The notes: generated by a model not told the origin, from the sequence alone. A stretch of DNA of 32,000 bases from Nitrosospira multiformis ATCC 25196 (GCF_000196355.1 NC_007614.1:930001-962000); one strand, 5' to 3'; counted from the first letter of the stretch, positions 10,129 through 20,384 are shown. Translations and numbers: made by a program.

Positions 10129-10550
10129 ATGAGGGTTACGAACAAGCCGATTCTCCTCGTCAAGACGAGCCGGTGGACAAGATGACGGTTATGAGGCCGC
10201 TCAAGCAGATTCACGTGATAAACAAGGTCATTCATCTGGAATCTGGAAAACGGCGAGGATGCGCTGAACACTACCTCGGGGATGAGAACAGCGACAAACC
10301 CTGCCTCATCTTGCTCGACTTGAACATGTCCATCATGAATGGAATTGAATTCCTGCAAGCGGTAAAAGATGATGAGCAGCTCAGACGTATTCCCGTAGTG
10401 ATGCTGACCACCTCGGATGAGCAGCACGACAGGCTGTACAGCTTCAATTTCGGTGTGGCGGGATAAATGGCCAAGGCCGTTGACTACCAGAAATTCGTCG
10501 AAGTCATGCGTCCAATCGATGCGTACTGGATGATCAGCGAAATATCCTGG
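10129..10550 (+). pseudogene. Response regulator (Rcp1-like receiver domain) pseudogene
   Basis: MRVTNKPILLV then a 1-nt loss (expected GTCGAAGACGAGCCG, seen GTCAAGACGAGCCG), a 7-nt tandem duplication at CTGGAATCTGGAA, a 2-nt insertion before TACCTCGGGG, and TAA replacing the expected Tyr codon in FNFGVAG*MAKAVDYQKFVEVMRPIDAYW. Confidence 0.88.
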
Positions 10551-10619
10551 AATGGCATTGTTCAACTTTCGAACTGCCTCTTTACCCGACATGAATCCGG
10601 TGCTCGCAATTTATTGACC

Positions 10620-10989
10620 TTGACCGCTTCAAGCCGATCAACGATTCGCTTGGCCATGAGATTGGCGACAAGCTGCTCAAGATCGTAGCCGAGCGTATGC
10701 AATCCAGGGTGCGCGAAACCGATACTGTCAGCCGGCTGGGAGGTGACGAATTTATTATCCTGTTGAGCCGGATTCAATGCACCCTCCAATGCCGCTAGCG
10801 TTGCCGAGAAAACTATCCCAGCCCTATCACATAGAAGGGCATGAACTGCTGCTAAGCGCGAGTGTGCGGATCAGCCTCTATCCAGATAATGGCAACGACG
10901 CAGACAACCTTTTGCGCAGTGCCGATGACGCGATGTACCTTGCCAAGAGACAAGGCAGGAGCCATTATCATGGTGCGAAACGCTCCTAG
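10620..10989 (+). pseudogene. GGDEF domain remnant
   Basis: [53 protein letters not shown] in one frame, then YHIEGHELLLSASVRISLYPDNGNDADNLLRSADDAMYLAKRQGR in another; strongly resembles the GGDEF domain of the downstream intact gene. Confidence 0.85.
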
Positions 10990-11373
10990 GAGTTGGCGTT
11001 TCGTGAAAGCAGGGATCGAGGTAGGGAAAAGGAAGCACTGTTACGGCAGCGGCAGCCTAAGTAGGCTAGGTAGGGAAGTCAGTTCCCGTGGTTCCCCACG
11101 ATCCTTGCGAAAAAACCTGCAATGGATATTTTGGTAACCAAGGGCCAAGCCCGGGCTTGTCACTGCGCACCAGTAACCCATCCACAGTGGTATAGCAGGA
11201 AGTTTCGGTGTTCAATAGATTGCTTGCCGGAATGTCGGATTCTACCGAATGAATATGCAGGTTGATTCTGGAGAGCATTAATTGTCAAGATTGGAAATTC
11301 TATGCACATGCTGGATCTTGGACAGCAACAGAATCAGGTCGAGTCGAAAGGCCTCCTGCTGGAGGAATAGAAT

Positions 11374-13491
11374 TTGAGGCTGCCCGCATTCTTCGCTGTT
11401 TTCAATAGCAAGGAAACAAGAAAGGCACTGGAGGAAAAAACAGCGGAATTTAGCCGCTCGCTTTCGCTGTGCAAAGCCACCGTGGAGTTGACGGCTGAAG
11501 GGCTCCTGGTGACCGACAGGGTGGGCCGCGTGCTCTACCATAACCAGTTTTATCTGGAGATGTGGCCGATTCCCGAGGAGTTCATGGATAATATGTCACA
11601 CCAGGCAATTGTCCAGTATGGTTCGAGCCAATTAAAAGAGCCACAACGATTCCTGCACGCGACTGAGGAAATCTATCACGCATGGCCGCCTGAAAGCCTT
11701 GACCTCCTTCAGTTTAACGATTGCCGGATATTTGAACGCTATACCAAGGCCAAAGTCCTGGAGGGGCAAAACATGGTGCGCGTCTGGAGCTTGAGAAACA
11801 TTACGGAACGAAGGGAGGCGGATGCCTACAAAGCGCAGCTGGCGGCAATTGTCGAGTCCTCCAACGATGCGATCATTGTCCAGGACCTCAACGGCATTAT
11901 CACCAGCTGGAATGCCGGGGCAGAGGGGCTTTTCGGGTATCGTGCCAGCGAGGTAATAGGCTCTTCCGTAGAGATACTCATTCCTCCGGACCTCCGGGAA
12001 GAAGAGGGAGATATCATGTGCCTCATCAAAAGCGGAAGACGCGCGGATCATTTTGAAACCGTGCGATGGGGAAAGGGCAGAAAACCAATTGATGTCTCGG
12101 TCACGATATCGGCAATGAAGGATAGGGCCGGTAATATCATCGGCGCATCCAAAATAGTGCGAGACATCACCCAACGCAAGGAATCGCAGGAACGCATCGA
12201 GTATCTGGCCCATTACGACTCGCTGACCGGGTTGCCTAACCGGACGCTGCTCTCCGATCGCCTCAGGATTGCGATCGAGAACGCGAGGCGGTATTCCATA
12301 CGATTGGCGCTGCTGTTCGTGGACATTGACCGTTTCAAGCTGGTCAACGATTCGCTTGGCCATGAGATTGGCGACAAGCTGCTCAAGGCAGTCGCACAGC
12401 GAATGCAATCCACAGTGCGCCAGGCTGATACGGTGAGCCGGGTAGGGGGTGATGAATTTGTTGTCCTGCTAAGCCGGATCGAAACAGCGACGGATGCGGC
12501 GCGAAGCGCGGAAAAGCTTATTACCTCAATCTCCCAGCCCTATCAAATAGAAGAGCATGAGTTATTACTGACTGCGAGCATCGGGATCAGCATTTATCCA
12601 GACAATGGCAAGGATGCGAGCAGTCTGACGCGCAATGCGGATGCCGCGATGTACTCGGCCAAAGGGCAGGGCAGGAACCGCTATCAGTTCTATTCTGAGG
12701 ACTTGACTTATGCCGCGGCTGAACGGCTCAGACTTGAGCACGACTTGCGAGGGGCACTTTCGCGTGATGAAATTTTCCCGCTATATCAGCCTCAGATAGA
12801 GCTTGCCACGGGACGGGTCATCGGCGTGGAGGCCCTCATGCGCTGGAACCGGGCGGGGCAGGGGTTGATCTCTCCTGCAAGCTTTATTCCTGTAGCCGAG
12901 GACAGTGGTCTAATCCTCGCTCTCGGTGAATACATCCTGAGAAAAGCCTGCCTGCAGGCGCGCCAATGGCACGAACATCAGGGATTCCAAGGAACGATTG
13001 CGGTAAATGTTTCAGCGGTGCAGTTTCGCCAGAACGATTTCACGGATGTTGTGTTGCGCGTCCTTTCCGAAACGGGTTTTCCGCCTGAATGCCTCGAACT
13101 GGAAGTCACCGAGAGCGTCGTGATGCAGGGATTGGAATCGGTGGTGCAGAAGATGGGCATTCTTGAATCGCATGGTATAAAACTGGCCATCGACGATTTT
13201 GGCACTGGCTATTCCAGCTTGTCCTATTTGCGGCAGTTTGCCATTGACCGGCTAAAAATAGACCAATCCTTTGTTCGTGACCTGCCGGGGGATGCGGATG
13301 CGCAGGCGATTATCCGCGCCATAGTTGCGATGGGGCGCAGCCTGGGCTTACGGGTGATGGCAGAAGGCGTGGAGACGGAAGCGCAGGCCCGATTTCTGCA
13401 GGACATCGAGTGCACGGAAAGCCAGGGCTATCTCTATGCAAGGCCAATGAAGTCAAATGATTTTGAAGCCTGGCTAAAAACCAGGAATTAG
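11374..13491 (+). CDS. PAS-containing GGDEF-EAL (c-di-GMP metabolism) protein
   Basis: 705 aa; PAS region IVESSNDAIIVQDLNGIITSWNAGAEGLFGY, GGDEF motif, VEALMRW EAL signature and DFGTGYSSLSYLR. TTG start preceded by GGAGG. Confidence 0.93.
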   Translation: MRLPAFFAVFNSKETRKALEEKTAEFSRSLSLCKATVELTAEGLLVTDRVGRVLYHNQFYLEMWPIPEEFMDNMSHQAIVQYGSSQLKEPQRFLHATEEIYHAWPPESLDLLQFNDCRIFERYTKAKVLEGQNMVRVWSLRNITERREADAYKAQLAAIVESSNDAIIVQDLNGIITSWNAGAEGLFGYRASEVIGSSVEILIPPDLREEEGDIMCLIKSGRRADHFETVRWGKGRKPIDVSVTISAMKDRAGNIIGASKIVRDITQRKESQERIEYLAHYDSLTGLPNRTLLSDRLRIAIENARRYSIRLALLFVDIDRFKLVNDSLGHEIGDKLLKAVAQRMQSTVRQADTVSRVGGDEFVVLLSRIETATDAARSAEKLITSISQPYQIEEHELLLTASIGISIYPDNGKDASSLTRNADAAMYSAKGQGRNRYQFYSEDLTYAAAERLRLEHDLRGALSRDEIFPLYQPQIELATGRVIGVEALMRWNRAGQGLISPASFIPVAEDSGLILALGEYILRKACLQARQWHEHQGFQGTIAVNVSAVQFRQNDFTDVVLRVLSETGFPPECLELEVTESVVMQGLESVVQKMGILESHGIKLAIDDFGTGYSSLSYLRQFAIDRLKIDQSFVRDLPGDADAQAIIRAIVAMGRSLGLRVMAEGVETEAQARFLQDIECTESQGYLYARPMKSNDFEAWLKTRN

Positions 13492-13708
13492 GCTCTTCCT
13501 GGATTATGTTGGCCCGCCCGTCTGCTTCTTGCTGGCTTTAGGAATGTCATTAATTCTTACATTAAAATATCCTGCAAGGAAACTTCTCCCTTTAAATCAG
13601 AAACCTGTACACTGGCACCATTCATGCCTCTGTCTTCTAACAGATACCGCGAATCGGATGTGGGATCCCCGATGGATGGAAACACATATAAAAAAACAAG
13701 GGGGAAAC

Positions 13709-14300
13709 ATGAACAAACTTATCGCAACGGCATTCACTGGCGCTTTATGGGCGACAACACCGCTATCAGCTTCCGCCCTCGTCATTGACATAAATACACA
13801 CCTCATCGGCAACCCTGCTGCAGCAACGTAACAGTCGTCACCCTGACCCTGACCCAGAACGGGAATAGTGTGGGATTTCAATTTTCAGAATTCGGTAGGT
13901 GATCTCGGCGCTATTGGGGATGAGGCATTTATTTCCAAGCTTTTATTTTCCTACGAGGGCCCCACTTTGCTTAACAGCAGCTCATTCGCAAACTTCGGGG
14001 GAACGCAACTGGTAAGCAGCACCGATTTCGGAATAAACCCGCGGGAAAAGACGCAGGCTACGATTTTTACTTTGAACTGAAATATCCTCCGAGCAACAGG
14101 AGTCCTTCGCTCCGGTTTGTCGACGGTGAATACAGTACGTGGACAGTCAGTGCTGCAGATGGTGTGTCAGCTGTTCTGGTTAGCGATTTTGCTGTTCTGG
14201 TTAATACTAATGGTGGGGGCGATAAATCCGCTTCGCTCGCAATGGTGCATATCCAGGGACCGGGAGGCGGTGGCTTGAAGTATATTGGCAGCGTCATTAA
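13709..14300 (+). pseudogene. Decayed secreted protein gene
   Basis: Signal-peptide-like MNKLIATAFTGALWATTPLSASALVIDINTHLIGNPAAAT*, followed in other frames by TVVTLTLTQNGNSVGFQFSE, FNFQNSVGDLGAIGDEAFISKLLFSYEGPTLLNSSSFANFGG and EYSTWTVSAADGVSAVLVSDFAVLVNTNGGGDKSASLAMVHIQGPGGGGLKYIGSVI. Confidence 0.5.
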
Positions 14301-14484
14301 TCGTGGTTGGGTTTCGATTGCTTTATTCATCAGGTAAGCTCAGGGAGCTTATCTTTGATGGGATTCGTGGCAGATAAAGGTCAAAGCTATTTTTTCAGTA
14401 GGCAGGAGAGAAACCAGACAGGGTTCATCTTTGGGGAGTTGCAATTTCCCGAGTCTAATGTAAAACACATTAAAGTAGAAAAAA

Positions 14485-14952
14485 TCAGGGCAAGCTGCCG
14501 AAGGGGGCTTGAGAAGGAGAGGAAATGGGTCTCTCCCCGAGAGCTGAGTGAGTGGGCAGATTTGTAATGTGCGCCACAGTCTCAATTAATACTTGAAGTG
14601 AGACGGGTTTGGAAAGATGCGCCTGGAAACCGGCATTCAGAGCTCTTTCCCGATCCTGGGAGCGGCTGAAAGCGGTAAGGGCCAAGGCCGGAGTGTCTTT
14701 CCCTTTATGGACGGGGAGGTTCCGCACCGCCTGAATGAACTGGTAGCCGTCCATGTGAGGCATGCTGATATCGCTTATGACGATGTCGGGTCTTCGCATC
14801 CGCACCTGCTCCAGCGCTTCAACGGCAGTAAGAGAGGTAATTACTTCAGCGCCGTGTAACTCCAGCATCAACCTGGTGATAACCAGTATATCTTCCTCAT
14901 CGTCTACGACCAATACCTTCTGTCCGGAAAGGGGCGGATTTATGTTATTCAT
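14485..14952 (-). CDS. CheY-like response regulator (receiver domain)
   Basis: 155 aa; VLVVDDEEDILVITRLML, IVISDISMPHMDGYQFI, LTAFS and LSKPVS motifs intact. Confidence 0.93.
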   Translation of the reverse strand: MNNINPPLSGQKVLVVDDEEDILVITRLMLELHGAEVITSLTAVEALEQVRMRRPDIVISDISMPHMDGYQFIQAVRNLPVHKGKDTPALALTAFSRSQDRERALNAGFQAHLSKPVSLQVLIETVAHITNLPTHSALGERPISSPSQAPFGSLP

Positions 14953-15027
14953 CGCAATGGAGACAGAGCTGCTATTGGTTTAAATTTTATTAACACTCCC
15001 TTAGGGCCTGTTCACAGTAGTTGATTT

Positions 15028-15429
15028 GTGTTTACATCCGGAATTTGGATGTGGGTCATGGATCGGGACATGTTGAGCGATGCGCAGTGGGCTCGTATTT
15101 CGGGACTATTGCCGGGCAAGCCAACCGACAAGGGAGGGCGAGCGGCGGATAACCGGTTGTTCGTTGAGGCGGTGCTATACACGGCGCGGGTTGGAAACCC
15201 CTGGCGCGACCTGCCGCCGAAGTTTGGGAACTGGCATTCGGTGTATGTGCGCTTCGCGCGCTGGGAAGCCAACGGCGTGTGGTCGCGTGTTGCCGAAGCG
15301 CTCCAGGGCGAGGCCGATCTGGAAGAGCTATTCATCGACTCAACCGTCGTGCGTGCGCACCAGCACTCGGCTGGCGCGTCAAAAAAAACGGTAGCGATCA
15401 GGCGATCGGCCGCTCGCGTGGTGGGCTGA
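15028..15429 (+). CDS. IS5-family transposase, N-terminal ORF A
   Basis: MLSDAQWARISGLLPGK...NRLFVEAVLYTARVGNPWRDLPPKFGNWHSVYVRFARW..., ending after SKKTVAIR. Confidence 0.9.
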   Translation: MFTSGIWMWVMDRDMLSDAQWARISGLLPGKPTDKGGRAADNRLFVEAVLYTARVGNPWRDLPPKFGNWHSVYVRFARWEANGVWSRVAEALQGEADLEELFIDSTVVRAHQHSAGASKKTVAIRRSAARVVG

Positions 15430-15812
15430 CTACCAAGATCCATGCATGCGTGGATGCCTTGGGCAATCCATTGCGCCTGATCCTCACCGGTGGCCAAGTA
15501 GCCGACATTACACAAGGGCCCGCACTGATCAATTCCATCAAGACTGATGCAGTTGTCGCCGACAAGGGATACGACAGCCACGTGTTCGTCGCAGTGATCA
15601 CCGAGACGGGGGCTGAGGCCGTCATCCCGTCTCGGAGCAACCGATGCGCCTCGCGCGAGTTCGATCGGGAGCGGTACAAAGCGCGTAACCTGGTGGAGCG
15701 ATTCTTCAATCGGCTCAAACAATTTCGTCGCCTCGCGACCCGCTACGACAAACTCGCCAACCGCTTCAATGCTTTCTTGCATCTGGCTTGCGCCTACATC
15801 TGGCTACTGTGA
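15279..15812 (+). CDS. IS5-family transposase, C-terminal ORF B (probably expressed as an AB fusion)
   Basis: GRSRGGLTTKIHACVDALGNPLRLILTGGQ...VVADKGYDS...RNLVERFFNRLKQFRRLATRYDK DDE catalytic region; joined to ORF A by -1 shift at AAAAAAAAC. Confidence 0.88.
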   Translation: MVACCRSAPGRGRSGRAIHRLNRRACAPALGWRVKKNGSDQAIGRSRGGLTTKIHACVDALGNPLRLILTGGQVADITQGPALINSIKTDAVVADKGYDSHVFVAVITETGAEAVIPSRSNRCASREFDRERYKARNLVERFFNRLKQFRRLATRYDKLANRFNAFLHLACAYIWLL

Positions 15813-15907
15813 ACACGCTCTAACCTTTCTGTTCGCCGGCTCACATAAAAGAGCTTAAAGCGGTTGAAAGTAGAAGAAGGGTCAAGCCTTAAAGACTGAG
15901 TCAATAA

Positions 15908-15930
15908 ACAAAAAACCCTGAAGGGGTTTG
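15908..15930 (-). terminator. Putative rho-independent terminator downstream of the Crp/Fnr gene
   Basis: AAACCC-TGAAG-GGGTTT hairpin followed on the minus strand by TTTTTGTTT. Confidence 0.5.
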
Positions 15931-15955
15931 AGAAGGGAAATGCCTGAAAACTGAT

Positions 15956-16723
15956 TTAAAGCGCATTTGCCGCATTTATGCTGTTTTGCCTTACCTTCTC
16001 ACATGTCTTCACCTCATCAAATACCTGGTCAAATTCTTTTTTGACTTTTTTATAGCACTCGCAAGTCTCCTTCTGAAGACCGATCTGATCAATAACCATG
16101 ATGTGGCCGCGGCGGTAGCAAATCGTTCCCGCTTCCAGCAGCTTTCTTGCAATTGCTGTAACGCTCTCGCGTCGAACGCCCAGAATGCTGGCGATGGATT
16201 CCTGAGTCAGGATAAGGTCCTGGGGACCGAGGCGATCCAGCATTGACAGCAACCAGCGGCATAGCCGCTGCTGAGCTGTATGATACCTGCTGCATACCAC
16301 ATTCTGGACGGCTTCCGTGATAAGCGCCTGACTGTAGCGTAACAACAGGCGTTGTAGCATTCCCCCCTCATTGAATTCCTGGAGCAAAAATGCGGCGTTC
16401 AGCCGGTAGCCGTAGCCGGCGCTTTGCACGCTGACCCAGTTCTGGGTAGCTTCTCCTCCCATGAACAGCGAGACGCCGAGCATGCCTTCTCTCCCTACGC
16501 TTGTAAGCTCCGACGATGCTCCATTTTCCAACATGCAATGGATGGAAATGACGGAAGAAGTGGGAAAGTAGGCATAGGGAAGCGTCTCGCCCGGTTTGCA
16601 GAGAACATCACCGGGCAGCAGATGAACCAGTTCGAGATGCGGCGCCAGATCGTCAAGTTCAATTGGCGGCAAGGCAGCCAGGAGGCGGTTGTGGGTGGGA
16701 TGGGACGGGTGGAAAGTAGACAT
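15956..16723 (-). CDS. Crp/Fnr-family transcriptional regulator
   Basis: ATG at 16723; cNMP-binding-like N-terminus and HTH QESIASILGVRRESVTAIARKLLEAGTICYRRGHIMVID. Confidence 0.9.
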   Translation of the reverse strand: MSTFHPSHPTHNRLLAALPPIELDDLAPHLELVHLLPGDVLCKPGETLPYAYFPTSSVISIHCMLENGASSELTSVGREGMLGVSLFMGGEATQNWVSVQSAGYGYRLNAAFLLQEFNEGGMLQRLLLRYSQALITEAVQNVVCSRYHTAQQRLCRWLLSMLDRLGPQDLILTQESIASILGVRRESVTAIARKLLEAGTICYRRGHIMVIDQIGLQKETCECYKKVKKEFDQVFDEVKTCEKVRQNSINAANAL

Positions 16724-17441
16724 TTGTATGGTAAAACAGGCGTGCGGCTGGAGCAAAAAAGATAGCAGGTGCTCTTAAAGTGTTATTTCACTCATGGTCT
16801 TCTCCTTGTTCCCCGTCCACCTTCTGGTTATTCATTAGATCTTCTTAAGGTAGGCCAGGGATAACACCAGAGATAACTTTATTCAGGCGCATTCTAAGCA
16901 TTGGGCGGGAAGGAATTAACTGTACTTTGGTACACGTTTTTCTATGATTTGCCTGATGATGTAAGGTGTGAAGGAATTCCTCCTTTGCAATCAAATAGAG
17001 ATTTCCAAATTCGGAAAAAATCTTTAAGCCTTGATGGTTTTCTTCGCGCGGCTGACTGCCAGCGTGGTAATCACAGGGTGTTTGCTCCGTGAGGTTTTGG
17101 ATGAAGCATATTGTTCATATCTTGCCGGGAAGAAGGAAAATGAGAAAAAGGATGATCAGCCCCATGGAACTGAGACCACAGCCTTGGCGAGGTAGGGCTG
17201 CAGCGGCGTAGTAGAGGGAAATACGGAACCGTCAGGCGCAATGACGATCAGGAGTACGTGCCCCTTCAACAATGGGCGAAATTTTGGGAGCGCGTGTTCA
17301 TCTGATCGGAGTGACAGTGGTGCGGGCAAGGTTGAGAAGGCGAGAATCGGTATTTATGACTAAGTATCATGAACCCTGCCAACAACAACGAATCGAGGTT
17401 CTCCTCTATCTTGGAAATTCCGGCGGTAATTGCCCCTGACT

Positions 17442-17636
17442 TTCGGATCACGTAGATGATCCCGCTGATCACCCGCAGATCATCAACCGGGGACCCCGTG
17501 AGACAAGGGAAAATAACGCTTTATACGGTTGAACTGCGTTTCGGACAAGTAAAGCAGATCCCTCATGGCGCACCTCCACCATAAGTGGATCACAACCAGC
17601 TCCGTTCGTAAATCCTCAAATTAATAGGTCCTGAGC
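17442..17636 (-). mobile_element. Truncated IS5-family element remnant (same family as the element at 21999-22839)
   Basis: Minus strand reads CTAGGCTCAGGACCTATTAATTT...ATGAGGGATCTGCTTTACTTGTCCGAAACGCAGTTCAACCGTATAAAG...GATCAGCGGGATCATCTACGTGATCCG, then homology stops. Confidence 0.85.
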
Positions 17637-17982
17637 CTAGCTTAAAAATAGATAGGTTTGGACTTAAAGGTAGCTAGGGCAATGCGCCAGCACACAGAAG
17701 CTTATACCTCTTCATACGGCAACCCACCTAACCCTGGAGATCATGCTACACGGTCTTCGTGGCTGTACCCCGATTAACCCGCTCCCCTGCATTCAGCTGA
17801 ACGATTATTGTGAACCACCGTACAGATGAGAATCAGCACATTTCTTAAGATGCTTACTATGGGCATAGGTCATAGTACTTAGCCCATCAGTTGTTGATGG
17901 CAAGCCGAAGGCAACAACGGGAAGTATGTGTTGGTGCCGTTTGTACCTTAAATTAACCGAGACACTTAAAAGGGTGACAAGT

Positions 17983-18117
17983 ATGGATGCCTCCTCAGAT
18001 GATCCACTCGAGAACTGGGACCTGGAAGAGATACCGGCATTAAGAGAGCTTTGGGAAAGTGACGATATTCCTGGGAAGTGGGAACAGGCCAGTATTACGC
18101 CCGAGTCGTTGGAGTAA
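17983..18117 (+). CDS. Small acidic hypothetical protein
   Basis: MDASSDDPLENWDLEEIPALRELWESDDIPGKWEQASITPESLE; no clear family. Confidence 0.3.
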   Translation: MDASSDDPLENWDLEEIPALRELWESDDIPGKWEQASITPESLE

Positions 18118-18415
18118 AAATTGTGGCGCAGAATGGGTATCGCCATAGCCCCCATTCTGCAATACAACAGCAGTCACGCCTCGCCCAACCAGTGAGCGCT
18201 GATGATTTTTGAGACTCAGGAAAAACAGGCCTTGGCAGAAGCTTTGGCATGGCAAGCAAACGAAGGACTCGTTTCCATGGCGGGTCGAGTTTGCAATGCT
18301 ATATTTTCTGGTAGCAACTGCCGTCCCTGGATGGCGGAGGATGAACGCAAGGATGTGTGCGTGCGAGACTTGCGGAAAAGTTATTCACCTTTACGTCTTC
18401 CGCTGCTATGCAGGA

Positions 18416-19567
18416 TCATTTTCCCTCAAGTGTTGGGACATGCTGAAAAGGCCTTGCGTCTGCTGGCATGCTCACCAGGAAAGTTGTTCCGTGGTGATCT
18501 GCGCTATCAACTTCAATACTCCCACCATGGCTTTCCGCGACGCTGCGCACGTACGGCAAGCCTATGCCCCAGCCTTCCTTGTTCCCTTCCCTTGCGGCGG
18601 CTGCCCTTTGGAATACCTGGAACAGGCTCTCCATTTGTTCCGGAGGAATCGGCTCTCCTTCATTATGCACGGTCAGTATCACGCGCCCATGTACCGGATC
18701 AATTTTGATCCTTACAGGAGTGTCAGAAGCGCCATACTTGACGGCATTGCCAAGAAGATTTTCCATTGCTCTTTTGACGGCTTCCCGATCCCACCAGACC
18801 CTGGCTGATTGGGCAATGAGTTGAAAACGCGGGCCGTGCGCGAAGGTGAATTGCCCGCATATTTCCTCTGCGAGCTGCTGGATGTCGAATTCTTCGAGGT
18901 GAAGCCGTAACCGTTCTCCACTCTGGAATCGGGCCGAATCGAGCAAATCCTGAATCATTCCGTCCATACGGTCGAGGCTTGCAACAATTTTCCCCGCAAA
19001 TTCCTTTATCCTGCCCAGATCTGAAGAATGCTCAATCAACTGGGCAGCAAGTTTTGCATTTGATAATGGGTTCCTCAGGTCGTGCGTCAGCGCGGCCATG
19101 AATCTTTCGCGCAGTGCTAACTGAGCAAGAGCGAAGGCATTTACCGCCTCACGCACTGATCCATCAATGGAAGCGTTGATCCGGTAAATTTCCTCATCGT
19201 TAAGCTGAACGCCATTCGCCTTCAAAACATCAAAGATCGTCCATCGCAATATCTGATATTCCGAGATAACCGAATGGACGTTGTAGTTCGTCAGCCTGGC
19301 GCGCTCGCCCCCGTGCTCGCTCGCTACGGTGTTGCTTTCATTTCCTGTGGCTCTGGGGTAGCCCGGGGTAATCGCTTCTGCAATGTTGTCGTATAGGGAC
19401 GGAAAGGTATTGATCAGGATCGGATGAGGCAACTGTTCGGCTTCTTTGACGGATTGCCGGACCCTTTCCGCCCATTCCCAGAGAATCTCATCCCGAAGCT
19501 CCAGCATTCTTCTGGCAGTTGGAGAAAGTTTGTCAAGGTCGAGATTCTGATCAGTTGCCAAAGTCAT
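18416..19567 (-). CDS. Sensor histidine kinase (cytoplasmic, HisKA + HATPase_c)
   Basis: ATG at 19567; H-box FMAALTHDLRNPLSNAKLAAQL, N-box ENLLGNAVKYG, and WGIGLPYVRSVAESHGGSIEVDSADHHGTTFLVSMP. Confidence 0.92.
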   Translation of the reverse strand: MTLATDQNLDLDKLSPTARRMLELRDEILWEWAERVRQSVKEAEQLPHPILINTFPSLYDNIAEAITPGYPRATGNESNTVASEHGGERARLTNYNVHSVISEYQILRWTIFDVLKANGVQLNDEEIYRINASIDGSVREAVNAFALAQLALRERFMAALTHDLRNPLSNAKLAAQLIEHSSDLGRIKEFAGKIVASLDRMDGMIQDLLDSARFQSGERLRLHLEEFDIQQLAEEICGQFTFAHGPRFQLIAQSARVWWDREAVKRAMENLLGNAVKYGASDTPVRIKIDPVHGRVILTVHNEGEPIPPEQMESLFQVFQRAAAAREGNKEGWGIGLPYVRSVAESHGGSIEVDSADHHGTTFLVSMPADARPFQHVPTLEGK

Positions 19568-20054
19568 AAATGATCGCCCTTGTCGGTAGGGATCTAAAAA
19601 AACGGCGACGGTCGCCGTGTCTGGCTTGGATATAAAGGAGAAACAAATTGGGTCTTGCCCCACACCGAATCAGGGATAGGGTTGTGTGACTGATGGGACG
19701 GCGCGCATTTTAGCGTCCCATTACGGTCCGGTCTAGGAGATTGTGAGATTGCTAAGGAAGAAGCATCTACCATCTTATTGCTGATGCCGGTCAAATGCGT
19801 TAAGAATGGATACGCTTAGATTGAGCAGCGTTTTCCAGCGATCGCTTTCCATTCCTTCTTCAAAGCGGATGAGTGCAATCTCGTTAATGCGGTTCTTCAG
19901 AAGATTGTTGGCTTGCGCACAGACTCTGCAAACGTTATGGATATAAATCAAGTCTGTTTGTCGCGTCCTGTTTTGCGCAGGCAAAATTGAAGGGCATTAG
20001 CTTCCAACACTAAGAGAAAGTACTTTGGCTCTCACGGCTAAAAGGAGTATCAAA

Positions 20055-20384
20055 ATGGAAAATGTAAAAATGACGCTTGCAGCACTCATCTCAACCGCTG
20101 TGTTTAGTATGGTATCCACGGCATTCGCTCAGCAGTCTGGCCTGGTTAACGTTGATATCCGTAATGTTGCGAATAATATTGCCAAGAACATCAATGTCGA
20201 TGTGAGTCAAATCCCGGTAACAGTTCAGGCTCCAATTGGAGTGGCTTCCACCGTGTGTAACGTAGCAGCAAATGTTTTAGATGCACAAGGTGGAAGCGGG
20301 GGTGGAAGCTGCACAGCAGAAACGACTTCCACTGCTCTAGATCAAATTGTGCAGCGACAAATTGAAGGTACTGGACAACAATAA
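20055..20384 (+). CDS. Small predicted exported protein
   Basis: MENVKMTLAALISTAVFSMVSTAFAQQ signal-peptide-like start preceded by AAAGGAG; mature region VNVDIRNVANNIAKNINVDVSQIPVTVQAPIGVASTVCNVAANVLDAQ. Confidence 0.7.
   Translation: MENVKMTLAALISTAVFSMVSTAFAQQSGLVNVDIRNVANNIAKNINVDVSQIPVTVQAPIGVASTVCNVAANVLDAQGGSGGGSCTAETTSTALDQIVQRQIEGTGQQ

Larger units (their letters stand above)
15004..15820 (+). mobile_element. IS5-family insertion sequence (IS427-like organisation)
   Basis: Imperfect terminal inverted repeats GGGCCTGTTCACAGTAG / GAGCGTGTTCACAGTAG, flanking TA on both sides, two overlapping transposase ORFs. Confidence 0.9.

Noticed and set aside
11632-12408. 258-aa minus-strand ORF inside the PAS-GGDEF-EAL gene
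   Set aside because: Antisense to an unambiguous coding domain; no independent evidence.
15012-15782. 256-aa minus-strand ORF in the IS element
   Set aside because: Mirror of transposase codon bias; the plus-strand transposase is clear.
16901-17301. Short ORFs (63-68 aa) between the Crp/Fnr gene and the IS remnant
   Set aside because: No conserved motifs. One of them (17266-17472 -) only reflects the IS remnant frame running into unrelated sequence.
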